Source: Candidatus Omnitrophota bacterium
Lineage (GTDB): Bacteria; Omnitrophota; Gorgyraeia; Gygaellales; Profunditerraquicolaceae
Direction of reading: 5' to 3'
Length of the DNA stretch: 64,000 bases
NCBI GenBank assembly: GCA_041653955.1
Contig: JBAZEH010000004.1
Coordinates: 5,191 to 69,190, forward strand
Numbering within the stretch: the first letter of the stretch is position 1; each line of letters starts with the position of its first letter. The notes beneath the pieces are model-generated. The model was not told the DNA's origin, did not search any database, and saw only the letters and a list, made by a program, of their open reading frames with translations. Below are positions 10,389-20,562 of the stretch, one piece after another. The translations under genes were made by a program, and so were the position numbers.

Positions 10389-11728
10389 GCGCATTAGTTA
10401 ATTCATTCAAGATACCCGATCTAAAAAGGCGCATTCTCATAACAGCCGCGCTTATTACCGTATACCGCATAGGCTGTTATGTCCCTACTCCCGGGATAGA
10501 CGGAGGGGCCCTTGCTGAATTTTTCAGCCGTATAGCCAAGACCCAGGGGGGCGCGCTCTTTGGAATAATAAATATGTTTTCAGGCGGCGCAATGGAGAGG
10601 CTTACCATTTTCGCGCTGGGGATAATGCCGTATATCTCGGCATCTATCATCCTGCAGCTGTTGACCGCGGTCATACCGGCGCTTGAAAAGCTGGCAAAGG
10701 AAGGCAAGGCCGGATACGAAAAGATAAACCAGTATACGCGTTACGGAACCGTAGGCCTTGCGCTGGTCCAGTCTTTCTTTATAGCCCTGTGGCTTGAAGA
10801 CCCTGCCCGTTTTGAAGGCCTGAAGATAGTTTTATACCCCGGGTGGGGGTTTCGCGTGCTTACCGTCCTTACGCTTACTACCGGCACAATATTCATAATG
10901 TGGCTGGGAGAGCAGATACAGGAGAGAGGGATAGGCAACGGTATATCATTAGTCATCACGGCCGGCATTATTTCAAGGATATGGCCGGCGATGAACCAGC
11001 TCTTTATATTGATCTCCCCGTTTTCTCCGGCGCGCAGGCAGATACAGCCCGTTACCTTGCTGATTATGGCGGCCCTTCTGGTCGGAGTAGTTTTCGCGGT
11101 AATATTGATCACGCAGGGGCAAAGAAAGATACCTGTCCAGTACGCGCGCAGGATAGTGGGCAGGAAGATATTCGGCGGCCAGAGCACTTATATACCTTTA
11201 AAGGTTGATACTTCCGGGGTCATCGCAATCATCTTTGCGCAGTCTATAATACTTTTTCCCGCGACGATCGCGTCTTTCGTGCCTAACCCGGCGTTTCAGA
11301 GGTGGGCGCAGGGGTTGGTCAGGGGTCACCTGCTTTACACGGCAGTATATTCCTTGCTGATCATATTCTTTTGTTATTTTTATACCGCCATAGTGTTTAA
11401 CCCGGCAGACCTCTCCGACAATATGAAAAAGTACGGAGGTTTTATACCGGGTATCAGGCCGGGGGCGCCGACTACGGAGTTCCTGGATTACGTGATGACG
11501 AGGATAACGCTGGCGGGCGCGCTTTTTATAGCATTTATAGCCATATTCCCGGATTTTCTTATGGCGTGGCTGAAAGTCCCGTATCTTATAGCGTCATTCT
11601 TCGGCGGGACGGGTATACTGATCATAGTAGGCGTAATACTTGATACTTTAAAGCAGATAGAATCGCACCTTCTCATGCACCATTATGAAGGCTTTATTAA
11701 ATCAGGACGCATCAGGGGCAGAAGGTAA
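10382..11728 (+). CDS. secY: preprotein translocase subunit SecY (GTG start)
   Basis: 448 aa polytopic membrane protein; SecY family order and motifs. Confidence 0.95.
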   Translation: MLGALVNSFKIPDLKRRILITAALITVYRIGCYVPTPGIDGGALAEFFSRIAKTQGGALFGIINMFSGGAMERLTIFALGIMPYISASIILQLLTAVIPALEKLAKEGKAGYEKINQYTRYGTVGLALVQSFFIALWLEDPARFEGLKIVLYPGWGFRVLTVLTLTTGTIFIMWLGEQIQERGIGNGISLVITAGIISRIWPAMNQLFILISPFSPARRQIQPVTLLIMAALLVGVVFAVILITQGQRKIPVQYARRIVGRKIFGGQSTYIPLKVDTSGVIAIIFAQSIILFPATIASFVPNPAFQRWAQGLVRGHLLYTAVYSLLIIFFCYFYTAIVFNPADLSDNMKKYGGFIPGIRPGAPTTEFLDYVMTRITLAGALFIAFIAIFPDFLMAWLKVPYLIASFFGGTGILIIVGVILDTLKQIESHLLMHHYEGFIKSGRIRGRR

Positions 11729-11731
11729 ATT

Positions 11732-12376
11732 ATGAATATTATATTGTTAGGGCCTCCGGGGGCAGGAAAAGGGACTCAGGCAAAAACTCTGGCTTACAGG
11801 CTGGGGTTGCCGCACATATCTACCGGAGACCTTTTGAGGCAGAACGTTTCCGCCGGCACGCCTTTAGGCGCCCAGGCAAAGGATTATATGAACAAGGGGG
11901 CGCTCGTTCCGGATGAACTGGTTACCCAGATGGTCAAGGAGCGCGTCAGCAAGCCTGATATCAAGGGCGGTTTTATACTTGACGGTTACCCCCGCAATAA
12001 GAGCCAGGCGTCGGCATTGGATGAAATACTTAAACAGCTGGGTTCGGGGATAGACCTGGTGGTATATCTTGACAGCAGTGAACCCGTCATAGTCCAGCGC
12101 CTGTCCGGCAGGCTGGTGTGCAGTTCCTGCGGAGCAAATTTTCACGCGGTTAATATGCCGCCTAAAACAGCAATGACCTGCGATGGCTGCGGCGGAAAGC
12201 TTTATCAGAGAAGCGACGATAAACCGGAAACGATCAAGGAGCGGTTGAGGGTATATGCCGCGGAATCAGCCCCGCTGATCAGGTATTATGAAGAAGCAGG
12301 CAATCTCCACCGCCTTCCGGCGGACGGGGATAAAGACGGGGTCCTCGATCAGATCATTGATCTTACAAAAAAATAA
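11732..12376 (+). CDS. adk: adenylate kinase (zinc-binding lid)
   Basis: 214 aa; GPPGAGKGTQ P-loop; CSSCG...CDGCGG lid. Confidence 0.96.
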   Translation: MNIILLGPPGAGKGTQAKTLAYRLGLPHISTGDLLRQNVSAGTPLGAQAKDYMNKGALVPDELVTQMVKERVSKPDIKGGFILDGYPRNKSQASALDEILKQLGSGIDLVVYLDSSEPVIVQRLSGRLVCSSCGANFHAVNMPPKTAMTCDGCGGKLYQRSDDKPETIKERLRVYAAESAPLIRYYEEAGNLHRLPADGDKDGVLDQIIDLTKK

Positions 12377-13120
12377 ATGATCCCTATCAAATCCGACGAA
12401 GAACTGAAAATGTTTGAAAAGTCGGGAAGGATACTCGCCAGGGTAATGGGGGGATTAAGAAGGGCCGTGAAGAGCGGCATCTCTACGATAGAGATCGACC
12501 TGCTGGCGCAGGAGATGATGGAACGCGAAGGTTCCTCATCGGCCTTTAAGGGGTATAACGGATTTCCGGCGAACATATGCGTTTCCGTGAATGAAGAAGT
12601 TGTGCACGGGATACCCGGGGAGAGGGTCCTTAAAGACGGCGATATGGTAAGCCTGGATGTAGGTATAAATTACAAGGGTTATCTATCCGACTCCGCCATT
12701 ACTGTCGCGGTGGGGCGCATAGACCCGGCCAGAAAAAAGCTCATTGAGGTAACTAGAAGGTCTTTGATAGAAGGGATAAAGCAGGCGCGTATAGATAACT
12801 ATATGTCGGATATATCCCATGCCATACAGTCATACGTAGAGAGAAACGGTTTCTCGGTTGTAAGGCAGTTTGTCGGGCACGGCATAGGGTATGACCTGCA
12901 TGAAGAGCCCCAGATACCTAATTTCGGCAAGCCCAACCGCGGCGAGATACTGAAAAAAGGTATGTTATTGGCGATTGAGCCGATGGTTAATATGGGGGCA
13001 TGGGAGTGCGAACTGCTTGATAACGGCTGGACCGCCGTGACAAAGGACGGTTTACCGTCGGCGCATTTTGAGCATACGGTAGCGGTCACGGAACGCGGGC
13101 CCAGGATATTGACCGATTAA
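12377..13120 (+). CDS. map: methionine aminopeptidase type I
   Basis: 247 aa; M24A family metal-binding residues. Confidence 0.95.
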   Translation: MIPIKSDEELKMFEKSGRILARVMGGLRRAVKSGISTIEIDLLAQEMMEREGSSSAFKGYNGFPANICVSVNEEVVHGIPGERVLKDGDMVSLDVGINYKGYLSDSAITVAVGRIDPARKKLIEVTRRSLIEGIKQARIDNYMSDISHAIQSYVERNGFSVVRQFVGHGIGYDLHEEPQIPNFGKPNRGEILKKGMLLAIEPMVNMGAWECELLDNGWTAVTKDGLPSAHFEHTVAVTERGPRILTD

Positions 13121-13126
13121 ATAAAT

Positions 13127-13345
13127 ATGGCCAAAGAGGAACTGATAGAGACCGAGGGGATTGTAGCAGAGGCGCTGCCTAATGCCATGTTCAAGGTTAA
13201 CCTTGAGAACGGGCACCAGGTCCTGGCGCACGTATCGGGAAAAATGCGCATGAATTTTATCAGGATACTTCCCGGGGATAAGGTGAAATTGGAGCTTTCT
13301 CCGTATGACCTTAGCCGCGGAAGGATTACCTTCAGGTCCAAATAA
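13127..13345 (+). CDS. infA: translation initiation factor IF-1
   Basis: 72 aa; S1-like IF-1. Confidence 0.96.
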   Translation: MAKEELIETEGIVAEALPNAMFKVNLENGHQVLAHVSGKMRMNFIRILPGDKVKLELSPYDLSRGRITFRSK

Positions 13346-13362
13346 ACGAGAGGTATTAAGTC

Positions 13363-13476
13363 ATGAAAGTAAAAGCGTCGGTAAGGAAGATCTGCGACAG
13401 GTGCAAGATCGTTAAAAGACGGGGAGTCGTAAGGGTGATATGTATCAAGCCCAAGCATAAACAGAGGCAGGGCTAA
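13363..13476 (+). CDS. rpmJ: 50S ribosomal protein L36 (absent from the ORF track because it is under 60 aa)
   Basis: Manual translation: [37 protein letters not shown]; Cys3His zinc ribbon. Confidence 0.93.
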   Translation: MKVKASVRKICDRCKIVKRRGVVRVICIKPKHKQRQG

Positions 13477-13495
13477 AAAACATAAGCGAGGAAAG

Positions 13496-13909
13496 ATGCC
13501 AAGAATTCTGGGCGTAGATTTACCAAAAGAAAAAAGGATAGATATATCGTTGACCTATTTATACGGGGTAGGCAGGCATATCGCGAAGATAATCGTGAAT
13601 GATTCCGGAATTGACCCTGCCAAGCGTGGGAAGGATCTGACAGAAGATGAGGTTTCGCGCCTGACTAACACTATCCAGAAGAGCGGATATAAAGTGGAAG
13701 GGGACTTGCGCCGCGATATATCGCAGAATATAAAGAGGCTGATGGATATAGGCTCCTGGCGTGGGATGCGCCATAAGAAGGGGCTTCCCGCGAGGGGCCA
13801 GCGCACGCGTACAAACGCCAGGACCAGGAAAGGCCCGCGTAAAGGAAGTTTGGCGGTAGTGAAGAAACCTGCCGCTACGGCAGCGCCTGCCGCTAAAAAA
13901 GGGGGTTAA
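13496..13909 (+). CDS. rpsM: 30S ribosomal protein S13
   Basis: 137 aa; [10 protein letters not shown]... S13. Confidence 0.95.
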   Translation: MPRILGVDLPKEKRIDISLTYLYGVGRHIAKIIVNDSGIDPAKRGKDLTEDEVSRLTNTIQKSGYKVEGDLRRDISQNIKRLMDIGSWRGMRHKKGLPARGQRTRTNARTRKGPRKGSLAVVKKPAATAAPAAKKGG

Positions 13910-13914
13910 TATAA

Positions 13915-14304
13915 ATGGCTGTAAAAGATAAGGCAAAGAAAAAGAAACTGGCCAAGGGGATAACAAGCGGTATAGCGCATATCCAGGCAAGTTTTAATAA
14001 TACCATAATAACCATAACCGATAAACAGGGCAACGCTCTCGTGTGGTCAGCCCCAGGGATCGTAGGTTACAGCGGTTCAAAGAAATCCACGCCTTTTGCC
14101 GCCCAGATAGCGGCTACCGATGCGGCAAGAAAAGCAAAAGAGATAGGCATCAAGGAAGTGGATGTGCAGGTAAAAGGCCCGGGTTCGGGCAGGGAATCGG
14201 CTATAAGGGCACTGCAGGCCGCGGGCCTTACGGTCACCTGCATAAGGGATGTAACGCCGATCCCGCATAACGGCTGCCGCGCAAAAAAGAGAAGGAGAGT
14301 ATAA
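13915..14304 (+). CDS. rpsK: 30S ribosomal protein S11
   Basis: 129 aa; S11 family. Confidence 0.95.
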   Translation: MAVKDKAKKKKLAKGITSGIAHIQASFNNTIITITDKQGNALVWSAPGIVGYSGSKKSTPFAAQIAATDAARKAKEIGIKEVDVQVKGPGSGRESAIRALQAAGLTVTCIRDVTPIPHNGCRAKKRRRV

Positions 14305-14309
14305 GATAA

Positions 14310-14939
14310 ATGGCTCGATATACGGATCCAGTCTGCAGATTATGCAGGCGTAAAGGAGAAAAGTTATTTTTAAAAGGCTCCAGGTGCAATACTCCAAAAT
14401 GCGCCATAGCCAAGAGAGGCTATGCCCCGGGCCAGCATGGACAGAGGGGTAAACAGAAGCTCTCTAACTACGGCCTGCAGTTAAAAGAAAAGCAGAAGGC
14501 AAAATGGATATACGGGGTCCTGGAAAAGCAGTTCCGTAAATATTTCAAGATCGCCGCGAAATCCAAGGGCGTAACCGGCAAGGTATTGCTGCAGATGCTG
14601 GAGAGAAGGCTGGATAACGTCGTATTCAGGATGGGGCTTGGCACTTCGAGGTCGCAGAGCCGCCAGATCGTGCGCCATAACTGGATATACGTCAACTCCA
14701 AGCGCGTAAACATACCGTCATACTTGATAAAGCAGGGCGATATCATAGAGGCGAAGACCAAGGAAAAAGCGCAGAAGAAACTGAAAGAGAACCTTGAATT
14801 ATCCCGCGACAGGAGCGTTCCCGGATGGCTTGAATTTAACGTCCAGGAATTAAAGGCGAAAGTCCTGCGCTTGCCGGAAAAAGAAGATATCGGCCATCCG
14901 ATCCAGGAGCAGTTAATAGTAGAGTTGTATTCAAAATAA
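14310..14939 (+). CDS. rpsD: 30S ribosomal protein S4
   Basis: 209 aa; N-terminal Cys cluster plus S4 domain. Confidence 0.95.
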   Translation: MARYTDPVCRLCRRKGEKLFLKGSRCNTPKCAIAKRGYAPGQHGQRGKQKLSNYGLQLKEKQKAKWIYGVLEKQFRKYFKIAAKSKGVTGKVLLQMLERRLDNVVFRMGLGTSRSQSRQIVRHNWIYVNSKRVNIPSYLIKQGDIIEAKTKEKAQKKLKENLELSRDRSVPGWLEFNVQELKAKVLRLPEKEDIGHPIQEQLIVELYSK

Positions 14940-14984
14940 GCGAATACGTAATTTTAAAATATCCGCTCATTTTAAGGAGGAAGA

Positions 14985-15974
14985 ATGGGTATAAAATGGA
15001 GAGATTTTCAGTTACCAAAAAGGCTGGAGTGCGACGAGTCAACTTATACGCAGACGTACGGAAAATTCTTCGCTTCCCCTTTTGAGAGAGGTTACGGCGT
15101 TACTCTGGGTAATTCCCTTAGGCGCGTCCTGCTTTCTTCCATAGAAGGGAGCGCTGTGACTTCGGTTAAGATACAGGGGGTACAGCATGAATTTACTACT
15201 ATACCGGGGGTTCTGGAAGATATCCCGGAAATAATCCTGAATATAAAGAGCCTTGTGCTTAACTCGCGCTCAAAAATACCAAAGACCATATTCCTGAAAA
15301 AGAACACCAAGGGTGAGGTAAAGGCCAAGGACATAGATGCCGGGGAAGCCATAGAGGTGGTGAACCCGGAACTCCATATCGCTACGCTTACCAAAGATAC
15401 GAAGTTCAACGTAGAGATGGAAGTAGCCAGAGGCAGGGGTTATGTGACGTCGGAACTGAACAAGAAAGAAGGGCTGCCTATCGGCATGATCCCCATAGAT
15501 TCCGTATTTACTCCCGTAAAGAAGGTCAATTTTTATTCAGAGAACACGCGCGTAGGGCAAAGGACAGATTACGATAAACTTGTCCTTGAGGTATGGACTA
15601 ACGGAGCGATAAGCCCGAAGGACGCGCTTCTTTATGCCTCTAACATACTGCAAAGGCACCTGGATATCTTTGTCAATTTCGGGCAGCTTCCCGAAGATAT
15701 AGAAGAAGAGCCGGAGATGACGCAGGAAGAGTTCTCGTTATATGAAAAGCTAAGGCTGCCTATATCCGAACTGGAACTATCGGTAAGAAGCTCTAATTGT
15801 TTAAGAGAAGCCAATATCAAGGTGATCGCCGACCTCGTAAAGAGGTCTGAAGAAGAGATGTTAGGATTCAAGAATTTCGGTAAAAAATCCCTTATCGAGA
15901 TCAAAGAGCTTATCGCCGGTATGGGGTTGACCCTGGGTATGCAGATAGATCCCAAAAAACTCAAGAAATCATGA
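14985..15974 (+). CDS. rpoA: DNA-directed RNA polymerase subunit alpha
   Basis: 329 aa; N-terminal dimerisation domain and C-terminal domain. Confidence 0.96.
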   Translation: MGIKWRDFQLPKRLECDESTYTQTYGKFFASPFERGYGVTLGNSLRRVLLSSIEGSAVTSVKIQGVQHEFTTIPGVLEDIPEIILNIKSLVLNSRSKIPKTIFLKKNTKGEVKAKDIDAGEAIEVVNPELHIATLTKDTKFNVEMEVARGRGYVTSELNKKEGLPIGMIPIDSVFTPVKKVNFYSENTRVGQRTDYDKLVLEVWTNGAISPKDALLYASNILQRHLDIFVNFGQLPEDIEEEPEMTQEEFSLYEKLRLPISELELSVRSSNCLREANIKVIADLVKRSEEEMLGFKNFGKKSLIEIKELIAGMGLTLGMQIDPKKLKKS

Positions 15975-16549
15975 GACACTCTAAAGATAGGCTGCAATTA
16001 AACCGTTTCACAAGCTGGCGTAAGGCCACATTGGCAAGCCTGGCAAGGAGCCTGGTCACTTATCAGAGGATCAGGACCACAAAGGCCAAGGCCAAGGCCG
16101 TAAAGCCGCTGGCTGAAAAACTGATATCCCTCGGCAAGAGCAACACGCTTGCCGCTAAAAGACAGGCCTTCAGCATCCTGGGCGACCATAGGCTGGTAAA
16201 GGAGCTTTTTAACGATATAGCCCCGCGTTTCGCGAACAGGACCGGCGGTTATACCCGTATCGTTAATCTCGGCTCAAGGCGCGGGGATAACGCGCAATTA
16301 GTGGTCCTGGCTTTTACCGAGATCAAGGAGAAGATCCGCAAAAAGCCCGAATTAAAGGAGCATAAGGAAGCGCATAAACCGCTGCCCGAAGGGGAGCAAT
16401 CCGCGATAAAAGAGCAGCATACGCAAGAAGAGAAGCCTAAAACCGAGACAGCGGTCAAAGATAAGAAACCGCCTATCACTAAAAAGCCCACAAAGAAATT
16501 CTTAGGAGGTTTGCGAGGGATATTCAAAAAAGAGCGTGATTCTTTATAA
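15971..16549 (+). CDS. rplQ: 50S ribosomal protein L17 with a ~70-aa K/E-rich C-terminal extension
   Basis: 192 aa; L17 core followed by a ...KEHKEAHKPLPEGEQ...KKPTKK tail. Confidence 0.9.
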   Translation: MRHSKDRLQLNRFTSWRKATLASLARSLVTYQRIRTTKAKAKAVKPLAEKLISLGKSNTLAAKRQAFSILGDHRLVKELFNDIAPRFANRTGGYTRIVNLGSRRGDNAQLVVLAFTEIKEKIRKKPELKEHKEAHKPLPEGEQSAIKEQHTQEEKPKTETAVKDKKPPITKKPTKKFLGGLRGIFKKERDSL

Positions 16550-16569
16550 TAACTACATAAGATATCTCA

Positions 16570-17745
16570 ATGCGAATAGATATCAGGATAGCGAAACGTC
16601 TCGAAAAGATAAATCCTTCCTCGACCCTAGCAATAACCGCTAAAGCCAAGAAGTTAAAGTCAGAAGGCCGTGATATAGTTAATTTTGCTGCGGGTGAGCC
16701 TGACTTTGACACTCCCGATTTCATAAAGGAGGCCGCTATAGCGGCGATAAAGGGTGGATTTACCAAATATACGCCCTCTACCGGCACCCCGGAATTAAAA
16801 AAGGTAATCTCCGAGAAATTCCACAGAGATAATTCACTCGAATACGACCCGTCTCAAATAGTCGTATCCTGCGGCGCCAAACACAGCATATTCAACGCCT
16901 TATTAGTGCTTATAAACAAGGCTGATGAGGTCATAATACCTTCTCCTTACTGGGTGAGCTATCCGGAGATGGTTAATTTGTGTGAAGGTAAGGCGCGCTT
17001 CATAAAAACCATCCCTGAAAACGGATTTAAGATGACAGCCGGGGAGCTGGAAAAGAATATCACCCCCAAAACCAAAGTATTGATATTGAACAGCCCCTCT
17101 AACCCCACCGGATGCGTTTATACCCGCGACGAGCTTGAGCGGATCGCCGGCATATGCGCGGCAAAGAAGATATTCATCATAAGCGACGAGATATACGAAA
17201 AGCTCATATATGACGGCGGAAAACACGTTTCTATAGCTTCTTTGAGCAAGGATATTTATAATCTCACCGTTACCGTTAACGGCCTTTCTAAAAGCCATTC
17301 AATGACCGGATGGAGAATAGGTTATCTGGCGGCCCCCGCGGACGTTACTGCCGCGATATCCAAGGTCCAGGACCATTCTACCTCTAACCCGGTATCCATC
17401 AGCCAGAAGGCGGCCGTAGCCGCGTTAAGCTCAAGCGATGATTTTTGCAGAGAGATGGCTTCCGAATTCCAGAAGAGGAGGGATTACGCATTAGAAAGGC
17501 TCGGCAGGATCAAGAAAATTTCTTTTATCAAACCGCAGGGGGCATTTTATATTTTCTGCGATATCTCAAAGAGCGGGCTTGATTCTTCAACTTTCGCGGG
17601 CCGGCTCCTTGAGGAAACCTATGTAAGCATTATCCCGGGCGAAGGGTTTGGCGTTGACAATTATGTGCGCATAAGCTTTGCCACCGGCCTTGAACGCATA
17701 GAAAAAGGAATGGACAGGATAGAGGATTGGGTAAACAAACTATAA
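16570..17745 (+). CDS. PLP-dependent aminotransferase class I (aspartate / aminoadipate type)
   Basis: 391 aa; SKSHSMTGWRIGY PLP-lysine motif. Confidence 0.9.
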   Translation: MRIDIRIAKRLEKINPSSTLAITAKAKKLKSEGRDIVNFAAGEPDFDTPDFIKEAAIAAIKGGFTKYTPSTGTPELKKVISEKFHRDNSLEYDPSQIVVSCGAKHSIFNALLVLINKADEVIIPSPYWVSYPEMVNLCEGKARFIKTIPENGFKMTAGELEKNITPKTKVLILNSPSNPTGCVYTRDELERIAGICAAKKIFIISDEIYEKLIYDGGKHVSIASLSKDIYNLTVTVNGLSKSHSMTGWRIGYLAAPADVTAAISKVQDHSTSNPVSISQKAAVAALSSSDDFCREMASEFQKRRDYALERLGRIKKISFIKPQGAFYIFCDISKSGLDSSTFAGRLLEETYVSIIPGEGFGVDNYVRISFATGLERIEKGMDRIEDWVNKL

Positions 17746-17749
17746 TAAT

Positions 17750-19003
17750 ATGAACGGGACTATAGCGGAAAAAATATTGAGCGCTCATTCAGGCAGGAAA
17801 CTCAGCGCCGGGGATCTTGCCATATGCAAGGTAGATTTTTCCTTTGGGCAGGACGGGACTTCATCAATAATCATAGATAGGGTGAGGGATATGGGGCTCA
17901 AAGAGCTAAAAACTAAATTCTGCATGGTTATTGACCATAGCGCCCCATCCCCAAGTGAAGGCGTGTCCCGCGTCCATAAGAAGATGCGCTCATTCAGCTC
18001 TGAATATGACGCTCCCCTTTACGATATAGGCTGTGGAGTCTGCCATCAGGTAATACCTGAATCCGGAGAGGTCCTCCCCGGGAACCTGGTCTTGGGGGCT
18101 GACTCGCATACCTGCACTTACGGAGCCCTGGGTGCCTTTGCTACAGGCGTAGGTTCAACAGACCTGGCGATCAGCTTAGCTGCCGGGAAGAACTGGTTCA
18201 AGGTCCCCGAGACGATAAAGATAATAGTGAACGGCAGGATACCTAAAGGGGTATCAGCAAAGGATATCATCCTGCATATAATTACCGATGTGACCGCAAG
18301 CGGCGCCACTTACAAGGCGATAGAATTCAGCGGCAGCGCGATAGATAAGCTGGGTATGGACGGCCGTTTCACCATATGCAATATGGTAGTAGAGATGGGA
18401 GCGAAATGCGGTTTTATGCCGCAGGATAAGAAGACTACCTCCTGGCTTAAGTCAAGGGGCGTAAAGAATAGTAAGATAAAGCCGGTAAAGGCGGACAGCT
18501 CGGCGAAATACATAAAGACAATAGAATATAATATTTCAAAGCTTTGCCCGCAGGTATCAAGGCCCCATAGCGTGGATAGCGCAGTAGCGGCCGCGGAACT
18601 GGGTAATATAAAAATAAATGAAGCGTTTCTAGGCACCTGCACTAATGGCCGCCTTGAAGACCTTAGGGCGGCAGCAGCCATGCTTAAATCCAGAAAAGTC
18701 TCGCCCGCAGTAAGGTTTATCATTGCGCCGGCTTCGCGCGCCATATTCCGTGAGGCATTAAGATCAGGTATCGTGGATATTTTTATTAAGGCAGGGGCTG
18801 TAATGGTCTCTCCCGGTTGCGGGCCGTGCGTCGGTACCCACAACGGGGTTCCCGCAGACGGTGAAGCGGTCATATCCACCGCTAACAGGAACTTTAAAGG
18901 CAGGATGGGCAACCCTAATGCCTTCATTTATCTTGGGTCTCCTTTGACGGTCACCGCCTCGGCTATAAAAGGGCGTATTACCGACCCAAGAGAACTCTTA
19001 TAA
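17750..19003 (+). CDS. aconitase-family large subunit, LeuC/homoaconitase type (about 417 aa)
   Basis: Aconitase-family catalytic region (GVCHQ, ADSHTCTYGA); Fe-S cluster Cys ligands at TCTNGR and SPGCGPCVG. Confidence 0.85.
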   Translation: MNGTIAEKILSAHSGRKLSAGDLAICKVDFSFGQDGTSSIIIDRVRDMGLKELKTKFCMVIDHSAPSPSEGVSRVHKKMRSFSSEYDAPLYDIGCGVCHQVIPESGEVLPGNLVLGADSHTCTYGALGAFATGVGSTDLAISLAAGKNWFKVPETIKIIVNGRIPKGVSAKDIILHIITDVTASGATYKAIEFSGSAIDKLGMDGRFTICNMVVEMGAKCGFMPQDKKTTSWLKSRGVKNSKIKPVKADSSAKYIKTIEYNISKLCPQVSRPHSVDSAVAAAELGNIKINEAFLGTCTNGRLEDLRAAAAMLKSRKVSPAVRFIIAPASRAIFREALRSGIVDIFIKAGAVMVSPGCGPCVGTHNGVPADGEAVISTANRNFKGRMGNPNAFIYLGSPLTVTASAIKGRITDPRELL

Positions 19004-19017
19004 TCCAGGAGGTTGAT

Positions 19018-20064
19018 ATGGAAATACGCAGTCTGCTCGTGCTATGTATAGAGAAAAATGCTTCTGACCTGCATTTAACGGAAAATGAGCCGCCGATATT
19101 GCGCATTGACGGCAAGCTTGTCCGCACGCAATTACCTCCTTTAACCAGGGATGACTTAAAGATGCTGGCATACAGCGTTTTAAGTAATAGCCAGAAAGAA
19201 ATGCTGGAGAGGGACCTTGAGCTGGATTTCTCCGTGGCTCTCCCCGAATTAGACAGGTTCAGGGTCAATATCCATATTCAGAAGGGTTCGGTAGAGTCGG
19301 CTTTCAGGAGGGTCCCTTTGCAGATACCGAGCATAGAACAACTGGGGTTGCCTAATATAGTCCTGGAACTCGCCCGAAGGCCGAACGGCCTAGTGCTGGT
19401 GACCGGGCCTACGGGTATGGGTAAAACCACTACCCTGGCGGCGATGATAAACCTGATAAATAATGAGAAGGAATCCCTGATAATTTGTATTGAAGACCCG
19501 ATAGAATTCATACACGCAAACAAAAAAAGCATAGTTAAGCAAAGGGAAGTTTACGCTGACACCCACTCTTTTGCCCAGGCATTAAGGCATGCGTTAAGGC
19601 AGGACCCGAATGTGATAGTAGTAGGGGAAATGAGGGATTTAGAAACTATAACAACGGCTCTTACCGCCGCTGAAACAGGCCATCTTGTGCTGGCAACCCT
19701 TCATACTCCGGACGCCCCGCAGACCGTAGAAAGGATAATAGATGTATTCCCTCCCTATCAACAGCAACAGGTAAGGCTGCAGCTGGCGAACTGCCTGCAG
19801 GGGGTAATATCGCAGTTATTATTGCCTTCAGCCACAGGAAAAGGCAGGGTGCTGGCTACAGAGATAATGCTCGGCACATCTGGCATAAGAAATCTTATTC
19901 GCGAACAAGAGATAGAACAGATACCTACCCTTATGCAGACAGGGAGCCAATACGGCATGAAGACAATGGATAAATCCTTAAAGGAGCTTTATCAGAAAGG
20001 GCTTATCGGCCTTGACGTAGCGATGTCCAGGGTAAAAAGCAACGAGGAGTTCCATCAGCTATGA
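19018..20064 (+). CDS. pilT: type IV pilus retraction ATPase PilT
   Basis: 348 aa; Walker A GPTGMGKTTT; PilT-type Asp box and His box. Confidence 0.9.
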   Translation: MEIRSLLVLCIEKNASDLHLTENEPPILRIDGKLVRTQLPPLTRDDLKMLAYSVLSNSQKEMLERDLELDFSVALPELDRFRVNIHIQKGSVESAFRRVPLQIPSIEQLGLPNIVLELARRPNGLVLVTGPTGMGKTTTLAAMINLINNEKESLIICIEDPIEFIHANKKSIVKQREVYADTHSFAQALRHALRQDPNVIVVGEMRDLETITTALTAAETGHLVLATLHTPDAPQTVERIIDVFPPYQQQQVRLQLANCLQGVISQLLLPSATGKGRVLATEIMLGTSGIRNLIREQEIEQIPTLMQTGSQYGMKTMDKSLKELYQKGLIGLDVAMSRVKSNEEFHQL

Positions 20065-20561
20065 AGATAGAAGGCACCGGAGTAAGATTAGGGGATAATA
20101 TAAATACCGATTTTATCATTTCGGGCAGGTATAAGTTTTCCATAACAGATATGAAGGAGCTCTCCAAGCATATTATGGAGGATATAGACCCTGATTTCCC
20201 GAGCAAAATAGTATCCGGGGAATCCATAATTGTGGCGGGAGATAATTTTGGCATGGGCTCATCGCGGGAGCAGGCGCCGCTGGTGATCAAAGAGTGCGGG
20301 ATCCAGGCGGTATTAGCCAAGTCATTCGCCCGCATATTTTACCGTAACGGTTTTAATATAGGCCTGCTTCTAATAGAGACCGATACCGATAAGATAGGCG
20401 AAAATGACAAACTCTTTATAGATACCGATAAAGGCATGGTCAGGAATATTACCAGGAATATAGAGATGAAAATAAACCCCCTGCCCGGTTTTATGCAGGA
20501 GATATTGAAAGAGGGCGGGATAGTCAACTATTTTAAAAAACACGGGGAGTTAAAAATATAA
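20061..20561 (+). CDS. aconitase-family small subunit (LeuD-like swivel domain)
   Basis: 166 aa; [14 protein letters not shown] motif; ATGA overlap with pilT. Confidence 0.85.
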   Translation: MKIEGTGVRLGDNINTDFIISGRYKFSITDMKELSKHIMEDIDPDFPSKIVSGESIIVAGDNFGMGSSREQAPLVIKECGIQAVLAKSFARIFYRNGFNIGLLLIETDTDKIGENDKLFIDTDKGMVRNITRNIEMKINPLPGFMQEILKEGGIVNYFKKHGELKI

Positions 20562-20562
20562 C

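Noticed and set aside
10843-11208. 121-aa plus-strand ORF inside secY (alternative frame)
   Set aside because: Embedded in a conserved membrane-protein frame, with Arg/Gly-rich unnatural composition.
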